Below, one piece after another: positions 30,701-31,754 of a DNA stretch of 52,203 nucleotides; the stretch's first letter is position 1; each line of letters opens with the position of its first letter. The stretch spans positions 1 through 52,203 of the forward strand of contig CAYTCD010000001.1 in the NCBI GenBank assembly GCA_964436335.1, in the 5' to 3' direction. The notes below the pieces were generated by a model. It was not told where the DNA came from. It did not search any database and saw nothing but the letters and a program-made list of their open reading frames with translations. Source of the stretch: an uncultured Bacteroidaceae bacterium (lineage in GTDB: Bacteria > Bacteroidota > Bacteroidia > Bacteroidales > P3). The position numbers were made by a program, and so were the translations under genes.

Positions 30701-31754
30701 GCGGACGAATCGGCATGGCAACCGTATGATGACCATCCCCGATACCGCCCACAAAAGGAGGTCCGGGAAGATTAGGCATGGAGGCCGAATGATGACCGTC
30801 TCCGATACCGCCCACATAGTTGGCAGGTGGACGAATCGGCATGGACCCCGTATGATGACCGTCTCCGATACCGCCCACATAGTTGGCAGGCGGACGAACC
30901 GGCATGGACCCCGTAATATGGCCATCGCCGATACCCCCTAAATAAGTAGGCTTATAGAACATCGGCGTTCCGGCCGTACTATGACCATCGCCGATACCGC
31001 CTAAATAAGTGGGTTTATAGAACATCGGCGTTCCGGCCGTGCTATGACCATCGCCGATACCGCCTAAATAAGTGGGTTTATAGAACATCGGCGTTCCGGC
31101 TGTGGTATGTCCGTCACCGATACCCCCTAAATAGGTGGGTTTATACATTATCGGCATGGATGCTGTACTATGACCATCTCCGATACCGCCCAAGAAAGTA
31201 GGTTTATGGACAATCAGCATGGTCACCGTGCTATGACCATCCCCAATACCCCCCAGATAGGTGGGTTTATGGATAATCGGCATCGCCGCTGCACTATGGT
31301 GATCTCCGATACCGCCCTTATACGGAGCATTCCGTTTGGGCATATCGGAAGAAGCCACCGCCATACCGCTTCCTCCCACTGCATTGGGCCAGGCGATACG
31401 GTTGGCCGTGCGGAAAGGCGCTACATCAAAGCCGGCCGTATCCACCCCATTGGGTATATAGGTCGGGTTCGCCTCTATATCCACATCCACAGGAGATGCA
31501 GGCACTATATCCAGTTCCTGCGGAGAAAGCAAGGGTTCGTCTAAGGTGATTTCGGAGAAAACAGATTCCGGAACAGGTGTTGAAACAGAAAGATAGGGCA
31601 AAACCACAGGAAGGGAAGCGGCCTCAGCCGGGCTTTCCCGATCGGAACGCGAAGCAGAAAGCCGTGCCACGGTAGCGCCGCCCACGGCAACGCCCGCCAA
31701 CAGCAGACCCGCTATCACAATGTTCCGTATGTTTAATCTTCCCGAAGTTTTCAA
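1..31754 (-). CDS. Giant secreted cell-surface repeat protein (SprB-repeat / Ig-like multidomain adhesin), at least 10,584 codons, 3' end beyond the left window edge
   Basis: The reverse frame whose codons begin on coordinates equal to 2 mod 3 is open from the TAA at 31767-31769 down to coordinate 3. Hand translation stays in one phase (codon GGC at 31316 and codon CTG at 20 are both 2 mod 3). No listed reverse ORF inside 1-31750 is in this phase, and an internal stop would have produced a listed long ORF; it is unlisted because no stop lies in the window. The translation gives repeated 75-90 aa modules with conserved Cys, Gly-Asp and Trp positions, for example DDLRYNWYRNG (about 11330) and HYQWQITADGGATWTDIAGD (about 10500). 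The preferred start is TTG 31754, giving MKTSGRLNIRNIVIAGLLLAGVAVGGATVA. Alternatives are GTG 31718 and the first in-frame ATG at 31364. Confidence 0.9.
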   Translation of the reverse strand, partial: MKTSGRLNIRNIVIAGLLLAGVAVGGATVARLSASRSDRESPAEAASLPVVLPYLSVSTPVPESVFSEITLDEPLLSPQELDIVPASPVDVDIEANPTYIPNGVDTAGFDVAPFRTANRIAWPNAVGGSGMAVASSDMPKRNAPYKGGIGDHHSAAAMPIIHKPTYLGGIGDGHSTVTMLIVHKPTFLGGIGDGHSTASMPIMYKPTYLGGIGDGHTTAGTPMFYKPTYLGGIGDGHSTAGTPMFYKPTYLGGIGDGHSTAGTPMFYKPTYLGGIGDGHITGSMPVRPPANYVGGIGDGHHTGSMPIRPPANYVGGIGDGHHSASMPNLPGPPFVGGIGDGHHTVAMPIRPPANYLGGIADGHYTAAMPARPAPQYIGGIGDGHFSIDMPKPKPWPYMGGIGDGYITMQVEGLFYPLYTGGVSDGFAKRGVPCDTTRYHVYADSMICIGDTLFLKTDSVPSATYSWRGPDGWTSREMNTFRPGFTTKMGGVYTVTIDPGCAGSDDLPVATAVVTPRIPVKVFAVIDSVVPNMPAERMCYGDTAVFKVSGYGWGDSARFEWRVNGNPIEDQDFDSVALLTGVDDGFNITVAVYSSEECVDANPYVSKPIRAAVDEKKTVNVTIASDIDQSLSDLTICEGYPVRISSSYVNQGSRPVFIWLLNNDTILSGSQDYIRLDSLRNGDSIELLLISDIKCVDCRPKRSNVIHFEVKTEPVINVIDDQDINLGESVDLWATGGSEEATYTWTPCASLNTCTGTDVTASPRTSTRYLVKLTEPWRCEVSDTVWVNVFTDVRVLNHPQSTTVCDSSEASFTVKASGAYLSFDWQVDQGDGNWIDISSLPRPNPYSIVQSGEFTSVLYIGKNAATNPDITPLNYGMNQYRYRCQISGVTEKTGKRDTVYSNTPSYLYGDATLYINHLQHAYGTVYSATALPVCEGTQVEFGLRTQNNLAAQATINWLVNGQSKQSGKSTTYKTAVSDGMKVSALITTGYACPAFTPEPTDTLVVKAWHNPRIDAGVDTIVEYNGQGTLQGRLITTGVDSGQSTEMIYSWTPANLISGRADSLYAQTIPVKSRYTFTLTATNVNGCQATDTKVVSIKGGPLRVDGNQNIVVCENDTVLLPVYPYGGTGEYTFSWTAQPKDTNTKVNTAFVSKDTSHISTVSPVGVTYYRVKVSDGVDSVFKTITVTVNKRMLSHPVITGDTNLCANATKGFRLGVKPDAYTGSVRQYRWFVNDAHDARFDGSAYYDVLPADGSHIYCEVTVGYACPLQNPVNTPKVGIHIFDVPTLTSITPDTSVCPGTPVQLAVNGKNIDSISWMPKDDITVGADAKSYRSKVIAQPYQNRTYTVELFTDKGCKETGKVHISVLPQTVATTQNPNIFACENGEARFPVRESGHKLVYDWQKYDAASSTWKSITEAGDKYGDLNTAQLVVYNVSRTENGDKYRLHLSGTCAPDSTSAPMTLNVIDSVYFDMVLVDTPSCQGDVAKVKFITNLTGLQKKVDIVVTGYTTRRFTTRDSVFTLNPVQPGDRIQAFLTPQGIIAQCVNPNPMPSQIIDLGVKESPVISQRSTNPKACATSDGSITLSASRGYTPYTYYFNDTVSQNIINGLPAGMYVAQVIDNNGCKSEKIEISLRDPNAPANPVVTNAGAYCNDKPLPEYLLLRPSIKKGEVRWYSDYTCTNLVHTGDSLAFPTEPGRYIYYLYQIFGNCKSATVKVEVYVGTVPVIDYIDAVVPSSCDRSDGIISIYATGDTTLEYSAFVPQKFGVNPDFIDIPNGTYPLAVRTITGCYAYDTVDLYAFNTPDAPPMLSSDTVYCAGSPRQPLQVKPYRGGVVTWFDDLTLQHAVYKGNPYNINTLATGTYGFSAVESVGTCNSKPSRVNVRILPSINTGVASNVFGCPSGTVTVKALHYDDVNYTWIDPSGMTVSTTDSMTVNVPDSPETYTLHAAREVEGYTCDIVQYVTVQYTTDPVYVDTVVCVGDTVDLTVAAGIDFTWADNSTETSYRVVATAAKQTVKAWISFADGCRMQYVFTVTGRQGTPSYVSIDKNFDLYCTGEKRQLKAKLSNASVPVTLQWYHDYVDIDGATSQILDISDLEPGDYMYVLTATAKEVCTKPRTTADTVRFHVYETPVVNAGPDIDSLSYGEKTVIGLQADVVYGIEPYTYLWKGTGIGSDNSRITVGSERIYNTTVVTLTATDSAGCSASDDLKITVVGGPFRITMDKPYSAVIKDNTICLGDTVLLHVNAAGGSGNYAYSWKELTTGSVLGTKDSLYVAPVSKTQYEVTVINLTGGVSTSADTLRAKVEIGIDLPPVAGYITTPDTTMCADTAYTIKLNAYRGQKIVWEQSIDTVMWNTLSGSADSNRIKGSASTTYYRATVHNGVCPVDVSPILKVKVYEPISNQITGPENTLCPEAEDIRITGNTVVSGGDGTYTYQWQYSASNNASAFLPAPGDTGSASYTWSGSIDYTRYFRRVVYSDGCPFISSVVTVAVYDDSHIGRINGENYVCIDSIGYMSASNTKMETYLWQVASDTLAKPVDWQDIAGAVSSSYNTDPVNDTLHYRVIGSKNGCLPDTTPVFTIIPTEPLPTSVSIVVDTTAACIGDWLVFKVDSVTYPGNKPVYTWFVNGAPLTLPLKQAKDTLAYASKDGRTFYVRSLKPGDSVQCGMASSIGCVTEPLAMSNAIAPTIYLPLVTMAEDDLTFCRRDTVALHADSAIYHTWYYKGTSDKAMLPLVYAPHMLDSYDSVVKVSPIEETTYYVEGIDRHGCKGLDSVTLTPEPLMSVVTPDTLLCAGSKLALRAIPVSTRGVTYSWIEVPSDSTTPTTLPTQLNRNTLTGIAPLDSLTYYIYTINTPRCTFSDTIRVRVEQNTTPTVRIDYTGDVTGDTAHIIECQKVENFFHYISEYGGSAPKYTWYFNGEKVGTDSLFSDHYPYMVDQSTIYVEMESAKRCVTTRTVKSAQMKIHYVKMPEALVSINSNKGLTVCPNEELVLFQAHAPSYDTGIFQWYVKYADSSKFEYVYTGDSLVSRFSTGDQVYCIYVAQDSCIKYSPKRSNTLTFQNYKLWKPTVDIIRLDAGREGKGDTVCEMTEVLFEARLGDAGSDYRFTWLVDGKEAGTPNSLKLTYSDFLADAGDTYRQSTVTARLETKHTCAVPSNINVDDTVVYVRPRKLLGVTIGQDMLMACNSLKKEPVVFTHVYGPLTVSGNAIANNCNNTDWNTGAVSQQTITGNGSVSAKATSVWSYNYAMFGLTSRTEITHYSHINYAVYFENGNLAVYESGVRIGAFGSYTASDELTVEIADSVIRYLKNGVVFYTSQQRDSVGTYRAGFSIYSTCNHCGHAYHDVYSAINSATIEYRASGIVFGSVVVEPPVNTPDYDWKVNGVSFEFGNGKDSLIDHKYRFEENDVVSLLVKSNDVCMERPAAESNPITVRIPDPGDFLRLDDTAYVCLGDSVWLVAGGAISYEWTLAVDCDPDAIHDSSLLVWPKKTTTYRVTGANQDGCTDFKRIVVVVFELPKPNLGPDREVCIGDSLYFSVTAGKEPDSVTNWIYRTEWNFITEGTVYDTLLSQSGNRDSIVERIGKVALPLDSELDNAIRFVAQKSGTLVATMINKLSDCYATDTMKLSVYPLPEVNFTDDTLFVCISKNLDLKDSAYDAAGKSAYRYTWTPASRLTKGTANGSYMIFNSPDTGLYTYFVDVVTPKGCHSYDTVLILNIKQELTAVSTLNRRTVCEGENPVFILEGDWWLPDATATLYRNNKVAGTYTVGREGKSQCDTVTYTGPIANGDVFYFNIVSKNTCLVQKQVNSNRDTLRVVYNTHLASVPDSLCAGSPLVLRAQPVQDSDVHYTWTAFRSERSVDTTIYFEHRNIGSDTNTITVSMPRSPSYFCVEANGGSGCVTRDTVFVGVVKADTLWAELEQELDSCQSPSPQQPAWRSSGSLVYLNNGQIIRDGSTGSGWQELESSTVLSGNFLMRYSVSGKEAPAMVGINYQGRAHWHHSWWYGNWWCNYDADHAFYLSWDNGKPYLQIYERGGQVGTYGEWSAGDILFIIREGGYVSYYKNEVLLRRVKERSPEQPFTPEVSLHTPGTAIDAIHYVELPQIKLSNRAGSISAPMSHKWYRNGKLVSSDSALYSRTIGFIDGDTVVYQVSGMTKCDGLQTVSDTLVIEAPMGYHPVFLTLEHDGQKCENSGYMVRSTVVNRTPSIPDSALRYNWYRGNMLVAAGVRADSMYFDSVGVKEFVWAQVYVDSSYAICAFNSNHNPVPSPKLYLPVTPNGVMGVNIDVYPGEKVCLLSEVRFNATQVISGMSDAGLSPVTEWYLNDKLVFTGQTYVTDSLQDGDSVYAIITASAETSCLDTNRKQTRVVHMEVMPAPILEAYQDTVVKYNSLVDIWSMVTDNWEPGLTYEWYPAFDVQAPWKFTDSAVRVRSKIDHYYTVQAKNKIGCAGNQAGVHVEVLICPQFVLRGSGTDACAGDTSYIYLQVQGFRPYTNLYIWQISHDGGNTWSDVEIDGTEFAQKVGQNDVTLVIPQTKAEYDKAYTMFRCLAVATDSRLDCDTVYSHELYLDVVEYTKPTTHITGDTVVCRNTPVSFTAKGASNPGDYYQWFRGGRMIGGSGNTLYLDSVEGQEKITLVLTVRNNQNRCVDRMRVSDTLEIMANPKPYLTMSPDTVINKGDDALVYGHVEGGQAPYKFHWNGLPSTTLRTPDQDSSLTRNQYYTTRYTLTVTDSNGCSNKGSVMVRVADTCLIQPAIYGPNTICLDSIGTFEAFITGGLANSDLRLSWTSVPPIDTTILMATGYNYNVRAFKPGTYKITLTVSDSSEVVTKVCPLSQRAFSVSKDVTVYPAKHLSVKIDSLMPVCTGTSSDLSAKAYMDGELTAIPVFYTWYSMTDSAISPRMLQKGLYNTCHITNWELSQYIIVEAVLGGDECETGIVAYDTLRPVVNLTPSLVEARGLYIKNQEPCRFDTAAIGLTALFGQADTMGLSYSIDGGKTWSAGNYFKPVDEGTYVPAVKAANGCSFVADYTIHISLPKPKHLPNLQVSGDGGYCTHSPMDALIAYNGDEEAIIGWYADTAGQIALSEGAIGQDSIRLVLPDSVRSTVGTYTYYAIQQAGNCKSEPVELTIDIRERDTVGGFHLRYVQRYNCNKDGQPLMVDVTAEHDTINVTGEYRWYTIPASTVESTEKSALVSVSDSIRVYASFTYINTCSNKEFTLWSDTIPVNVVVLYNSIGEGGAICVGDSAKAENTLAYLIESDEFSYRWEAFYPDTTQENGGMWNVAPGKVDDKDYTVHYSDLLPVEGSTNGRRELRIRRIKSVDTCSNSSNELLYYYEIPAEPSIELSVPEVCTGKTVTAIVTGKNLGDNPLVNWYLNDSLVKTSGNLNENLGVVDSGDLVRVVVYPDYTKVPCPLIDSVMAESVASVTSAIAGKIWIEIADTLFCGTENTFTAHYNTEYSDNPRYRWYHNGVLVPAANNRASYTATVAEGDSVSVTVFAANECPASDSASSPKVGVGRKAKAVSAWAEVENATAAGDSLVLKAYGGDTYRWFDNDTRDVRGLSVTGGEFLFTVTVSKAGFCDTVLTVNTKIPSATLSLSTVCLGWETTGTISGENLGPRPSFDWYVNGVFVGHTDSVYTATVGMLNHEDSVSVVVHVDLAGMGVPQGAAPDSLVLYGIAEVHDRIEGKVWIESSDTLFCKPENTFTARYNVEYSDNPRYRWYHNGVLVPAANNGASYTATVAEGDSISVTVFASNNCPASDSANSEPVAVYKGRSHKVSVNAVDTLLCFNDTMVLRAEGGINYRWDDGSTDSIRRVVATNNKTIYTVTVQGEGFCDTTLQVSVAAHKFPSNTAPARRSIILCGNDTARLAVDLDPGLKVLWSTGDTTTTVDVKVPYRKKDTVFYLNYTDQYGCTYGPDSVRVHTLDSRPLSFTSSSIGLPDSITWRETFDAVTTVEPADKDSIYYVWYINGTYWKSGYGMKDFLSLKGSDFPLSSPYVFQVILQDNGYCNLNRQDTLTDTIKVLQKRFAGINIQSNSTIEGDTLRVCVSENTRMFAATSNAGPVAADGSHKWYIEWFLNDKMVHVGDTVNFGHLTVGSKIYAVLHVDTTEYNYAANDPVTSRVLYVVSIPQPKVEVTLSLKVDTICSTQDYEVRANVVNGGENPQYRWYVNGFLVNVGDEKGNSVPLDAPYLSLLNIKQLSMEEGINYDIVCWVKSSLPCVADSVRNKDLATLVIFPSDTLKVVITPTIDTACLYENGDVVVNMHAEVYGQAKGFNVKDPSLQWYIDGKPIAGATDKDLHYVTRNLTGDELFSVRAFSKYRCTSNSSIVSERSKVFLYPFRAEAGPDDTVYNYADYTVHGDTVTGGVPHWKTGGDGYFLNADTLHATYVLGAGDRKADGIYLYLEVNNKFGCYAIDSMYLSISHCEDYTWQTDLQAMTVCHDQAVTMANKVVAKPTATDAVQTARYMLIALPAGTYPADTLAVIDSVAFGWSGIVDTTRTLVLTGSINSMDCLYTDTIPVTVLPKNEIKVMLTQDGADTCQQHEAKHVNWEIDGSNMPLHWNLNGGTLNHVHCSNMQRVFTSNYGEANTTMRYVATGKERTSTVGFSYEGNNTGNNDTRLDYGFYFTEGRVGVYNNGLVGEYLPGETYLAGDVFTVIRRDHKVYFYVDQRNSHKLMQVIDEPETGWGRRVRFAIGSYDVGSSYNDIVYVNEPAVKVSDSIEFGPLTGKLSYKWWMNDTVVSTASTWDAERFNLQHGDRLKLEVTGITACDTVRATDSITVSKTIDYEPIYVTLVRDSAGTCENDAFTFTATVHNLPAEISQDDLRYNWYRNGQALVKGTKNNVYVIDSVKIGDYVYAEAYITGTTCVLNTENNPAPSHRVTFNLRENKPLEITLVKKTKMDPAICPGSEIHLQAIVNNGGRYEISWYVNDSLYAKGENLNLVPDQDVHIHALVKAYNEDVCLDTTLVSSDTVVVRQALVPVVRAWADTVVNRGSRVALRGEVIENTDAAVRYAWTSNCGGVANASQLNTEITAHNSCMYYLRAYNSLGCVSEPDTVEVNVYDCPSLNSIGVPASVCEGDSATLNITMNGYRPGTNHYQWQITADGGATWTDIAGDARFTATTTATGSLLGISKTDFALDGRNDVRFRCVVTATDSNLMFCPSVITSEIRLTVDTAARQIPTIKLTGPTGICATSTVMSAIYTAQLTPGYEVMWKQNGSGVLEYDGNDHRRGYSVRNGDKVIGVLYGASPCVNRLQISDTLTVTLYQQPTLTAWKDTTVAFNTAAELNALLSNGTGTATYSWTPADKVVNAGTASTATVNLTKSTLFTVSAADSLSCAAEAKVRVIVSDTCLRSVDLVGPESVCVNKTATFTGLVTGGGVLGKYDISWKVSPALDNNDGEEEMNNGGVPVLSFSNATPGDYTVTFTVTDTSAAVRRYCYENGIVLSASKTLHIPVPDTLKVSLAADKDSVCDGTAIILAANATLNSVVAGDAVNYAWYRIRDGRTSYIGSTSPTLRVPDAENNDRYYVEISTKEGCQTDEKVRSNEVPVTVYPVPAPLKPYQVYAHSHLSCVDDTAYIRIDANGATGLLFSIDSGATWQADPMFRNLSEGTYHVMVKGEEGCEAEGVQTVHIEVQPDYRYESLHLSADTVAACVGQALVDVKAYKTDDLGGYIAWFADSTLKKVLAVSAEDADTSSFAPAASIGKIPGLHTFYAARISGECHGKPVPVNYMVSSCGVILEPALDTICPDEEADFYILADAVTRDNAQSWIYQYSADGSFNDAVDVSAAGKIDTIAVSRAGYYRIAYTALSGSVTYSNTARLVVGSYAKLTGKVFVEYPAGSNAVAMCPGGTAGVLVGNVGAGYTIYWPDSSTGNIYRRTSDTTFDVSLKVVSLVGGCAVDTSVTVNVLSRNFVKLGASDTTICLLADETAELVLPRISDSGNVFPPYTNFIWTLNGTTVVAGKYNEQTLNQYPALRVRPQEGVNHYVARAYSLRDCPSVTDTFTVTVHRLVFNLAQDSMAVCEGKTVQLNLPAADSLSINSTVRTAFTSPLQVGPITGDSNLIITLYKGICQSADTLRLHHIPADSLNASLQADVTDCSKTISSAMVWKPGAMGYDAATGTLSHSGSNGWQTNFAADSLRTAAEINYTVSGKEGAMVIGLEYAGAATGLWSKPYSIYLSANGYGDAKLFYLYENGWEVNYSAAGQYRAGDVFTIRRDNAHISYYLNGQLLRSVEEPQAKASVRMLVSASSYNRGGVIDAMQVANASSAKIGTSLYHRYRNLRYQWYVNGIPVSQDSILDTDRHMLVNGDTVVWKVTSYSFCDTLVSADTLVIEGASTYPSIGLNLQQTTQSLCKGESATFKATLTRLPAGLDPSTVRYNWYVNGQQVRKGVIASTYTRQNVQPGDYVYAEAYVWGKYCILNHEDNPACSNIIYLNVDTAETTHFGIEAQPDAEICAGESITFTAMPEGLQHMPQISWYVNGLKVSEGVSLTLQNPADGAEVYAVAIVDADENCAGGDTLTSQSLTLTVHPVPVVDAGTYVKVDRGTRVDLNGQVISGATSVMKYNWAPRTEISGTASTYVVAQNSRTYTFTAVNAYGCEGQDTVSVAVEECPYLAGQSALNAPAVCPGDSLDFTLSVGGYIPAVKAYQWQVSADGTTYSDVSEPLYVNKGTRLHIPSVSLAMNGNYYRAVIIPDLNQTTGCDTLYSLPFRLSVNTDVRNTDLSLSGPATVCADAQEAVYTLTAATRAGDRFFWYLNGILIAQDVKTLRLDPQQLGHGGLLKVEWQTAEDACPAGIRLTDSMEVNVSSPLWITAGNDTVVVKNAQAMLDAWLTGGTAPYVYHWNASVIDPDAASTLTGPMTATTLFTVTGTDANGCEAQAEVQVTVADSCIENVKIARKESEESQQICQDSLVEFKVLVSGGMPGNYTIAWNVTPSLPQTDFVPSQNNGQLWLRPSVAGTYTVTVEVRDTSALAAVHCTAEQLVQRDEITLEVKAKNRLEVRLVQPDSVCADDADALSLQAKAFVNGVETTDVSFHWYRIRGGMVHDLGLGGNIFNPSDKLDDDNYFVNVTATGECLENATVASDTVNSVIYPMPPAIQPSNVIYTPARLCSNDTASIEISVPMYTPSASLSRWAQTLQYSIDGGTTWQASALFKPLPEQSPYQIVIKNQYGCWNDKNKIAVQRSPQALDAWLEAGPNDTIMENETYRVHGDTVVAQGAPQWTTSGSGTFDNANILHPIYTPSAADYAAGSVMLYLSVNSTNECPLKDSLQLFIIRCDSYYIERDKSDSLACTNSPLTLRAALRSANGVSVPSAIYQWNQRRINSFINIHADTGYSSEWTYQHERDYTYYLVVTTENGCVLNDTIRIKMQEPPMAKGKFKVHYPNGENALSMCPGQTAQIEITDNTGLNTYIWPDSTVSDGLSNNTFNVTAWQDTAIPVRIIGVAGCSNDTVVNITVEHSFVVSPNTPADTVICVGDSISLPLLTGELVFPPIVSYRWTTPEGLPIDSGDYNAQRGLTLLPEKDTTVYFGYVATQAMCWSDPPVKFTVVRSHYSFDLGADTLICHNSSIALDMPENTKSYVLNGLSVNTGTKAASKITAGPFVNDTLLTVTGTSYIGCQHTDTIRISVLPEPDLRFIIAEGDACAMQPITIGLDSIHSNAGKNSQATYTYSWQLSTASLGTVTGTDSIISVVAGTRDSLANVSVTVTNQLGCTYTRQQDIPIIVWDSLPILRDTTVCEGSRISLVDFYGLIGQGYMIQWTGNTAGSSVMPDVYSVITAVDTTNHYHYKVTTSNNRCVYSDSAFIRVVPKPHLTPIEDVYSCTLTSVRLAYPGIGRYSACQWTIIDTVPDPQGSRMSNYNAISSFFYPSASLLANGGVAYAIFTVRGVDECAHVEVSDTVQLTFSPKIDVSVQGASQCLGASDAQVKLTIKGTNVDHYEWNTSTSDTVHNAVGLLYLNPGGDTNVIYHDTVKAWNQEGCMATLNYTVQFVGSPRVIPDTVEICYHDTAYIEVANPGSTVPRWFELGTGKNVANGNNVKLAPTKTTTYTIYPLRGTVSCGGSDRDTVTVKVKERLLVETTGDTNVCEATTVGVGVKNVSKAISRYQWIDSADGNVVSTDSAFMANVTENKTFYLTVWNDEEGCMDYDTLHLTYGGNIYKLSVYDTTILAGSSLDVYVSGPEPATSACMYPWFNHTDTVEICRQDSIFPVVVNKDTRFVLYLRGGEHECYPTLNVHVRELYLNDTSVCDYCITEVGLKSDTTDNVSYVEWRYADTMHFSTGHINPVDYCFTYADTVYNRSETYTDSSRYHAFVIPFQGTQKERDTINISPFCDSVFSQPYINLEYDGKYQDLDIYREYLRWNKVDIVCKEAGEGKKFVCDTVFAVTRQFDAGLGKMVVVRLDAGKLVNCREVDSACVINATEHALDAHGETDTVKVILDCTGNKPVESKIVCDTIYTLTKGGTTWNPTFIRGKYTVENCQQLAENCSVVGYDVVRSLDNSSERVIPKIDCNTKITICDTVYTLKKGGTSWSIVYERSKSTVTNCREVNADCEITYTTERALDNTSETVKATVTCTEEPVEPTPGLKKTICDTVYPIVRVGGSILKPVYG
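4272..4490 (-). repeat. SprB-type repeat module (SIDGG.TW variant)
   Basis: Translation: LCSNDTASIEISVPMYTPSASLSRWAQTLQYSIDGGTTWQASALFKPLPEQSPYQIVIKNQYGCWNDKNKIAV. Confidence 0.5.
7027..7527 (-). other. Non-Ig insert module, copy 4 of 4
   Basis: Translation includes NGWQTNFAADSLRTAAEINYTVSGKEGAMVIGLEYAG...FYLYENGWEVNYSAAGQYRAGDVFTIRRDNAHISYYLNGQLLRSVEE. Confidence 0.55.
8913..9107 (-). repeat. SprB-type repeat module (SIDSG.TW variant)
   Basis: Translation: SCVDDTAYIRIDANGATGLLFSIDSGATWQADPMFRNLSEGTYHVMVKGEEGCEAEGVQTVHIEV. Confidence 0.5.
11677..12197 (-). other. Non-Ig insert module, copy 3 of 4
   Basis: Translation includes MRYVATGKERTSTVGFSYEGNNTGNNDTRLDYGFYFTEGRVGVYNNGLVGEYLPGETYLAGDVFTVIRRDHKVYFYVDQRNSHKLMQVIDE. 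Confidence 0.55.
14533..14756 (-). repeat. Internal segmental duplication, copy B
   Basis: The peptide is GKVWIESSDTLFCKPENTFTARYNVEYSDNPRYRWYHNGVLVPAANNGASYTATVAEGDSISVTVFASNNCPASDS. The duplication is also visible in the antisense shadow ORF 14046..15719, where AFGYRGCIR...SVARIIAVF appears twice. Confidence 0.85.
15295..15518 (-). repeat. Internal segmental duplication, copy A
   Basis: These 224 nt align without indels to 14533-14756, with 31 mismatches by my count (about 86 percent identity). The offset is exactly 762 nt (254 codons). The peptide is GKIWIEIADTLFCGTENTFTAHYNTEYSDNPRYRWYHNGVLVPAANNRASYTATVAEGDSVSVTVFAANECPASDS. Confidence 0.85.
16707..16907 (-). repeat. SprB-type repeat module (SIDGG.TW variant)
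   Basis: Translation: PCRFDTAAIGLTALFGQADTMGLSYSIDGGKTWSAGNYFKPVDEGTYVPAVKAANGCSFVADYTIHI. Confidence 0.5.
19488..20015 (-). other. Non-Ig insert module, copy 2 of 4
   Basis: Translation includes GSGWQELESSTVLSGNFLMRYSVSGKEAPAMVGINYQG...YLSWDNGKPYLQIYERGGQVGTYGEWSAGDILFIIREGGYVSYYKNEVLLRRVKE. Confidence 0.55.
21712..22168 (-). other. Non-Ig insert module, copy 1 of 4 (lectin / LamG-like beta-sandwich suspected)
   Basis: Translation includes NCNNTDWNTGAVSQQTITGNGSVSAKATSVWSYNYAMFGL...INYAVYFENGNLAVYESGVRIGAFGSYTASDELTVEIADSVIRYLKNGVVFYTSQQ. It is paralogous to the modules at 19488, 11677 and 7027. Confidence 0.55.
26370..26555 (-). repeat. SprB-type repeat module (divergent)
   Basis: Translation: SCDRSDGIISIYATGDTTLEYSAFVPQKFGVNPDFIDIPNGTYPLAVRTITGCYAYDTVDL. 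Confidence 0.5.
26865..27041 (-). repeat. SprB-type repeat module
   Basis: Translation: CATSDGSITLSASRGYTPYTYYFNDTVSQNIINGLPAGMYVAQVIDNNGCKSEKIEISL. This matches the remembered SprB-repeat pattern C..(S/N)DG.I......G..PY.Y.........L..G.Y.v.v.D.nGC. Confidence 0.6.
30435..31316 (-). repeat. 14 tandem in-frame 63-nt (21-aa) GGIGDGH repeats in the giant ORF
   Basis: Unit first codons (GGC/GGT) fall at 31316, 31253, 31190, 31127, 31064, 31001, 30938 ... 30497, exactly 63 nt apart (31001, 30623 and 30497 verified directly). Example units are GGIGDGHSTAGTPMFYKPTYL, GGIGDGHHTGSMPIRPPANYV and GGIGDGHFSIDMPKPKPWPYM; the last unit is degenerate (GGVSDGF...). Confidence 0.9.
31665..31754 (-). other. 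N-terminal signal peptide or signal-anchor of the giant protein
   Basis: A basic n-region (KTSGRLNIRN) is followed by a 19-residue hydrophobic stretch, IVIAGLLLAGVAVGGATVA, and then RLSAS. Whether it is cleaved cannot be judged by eye. Confidence 0.5.

Noticed and set aside
30435-31316. Regular 63-bp periodicity that superficially resembles a CRISPR array or a non-coding satellite.
   Set aside because: The units are contiguous with no unique spacers. They are in frame within the giant ORF and conserved at the protein level (GGIGDGH...). No cas genes are present.
879-31544. Very long forward-strand ORFs in the track (for example 6909..11585 at 1,558 aa, 879..2786, 5094..6863, 17670..19415, 22791..24380) that could be taken for genes.
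   Set aside because: All start on coordinates 0 mod 3, so each is the codon-aligned antisense of the giant reverse-strand ORF. Their stops simply mark the rare TTA, CTA and TCA sense codons; for example, 1,558 consecutive sense codons lack all three. Their translations are Gly/Arg/Val/Ile/His-rich with no motifs, signal peptides or domain periodicity. The same shadow effect is seen opposite bamA, rsmA and other housekeeping genes, so it reflects genome-wide codon bias rather than overlapping genes.
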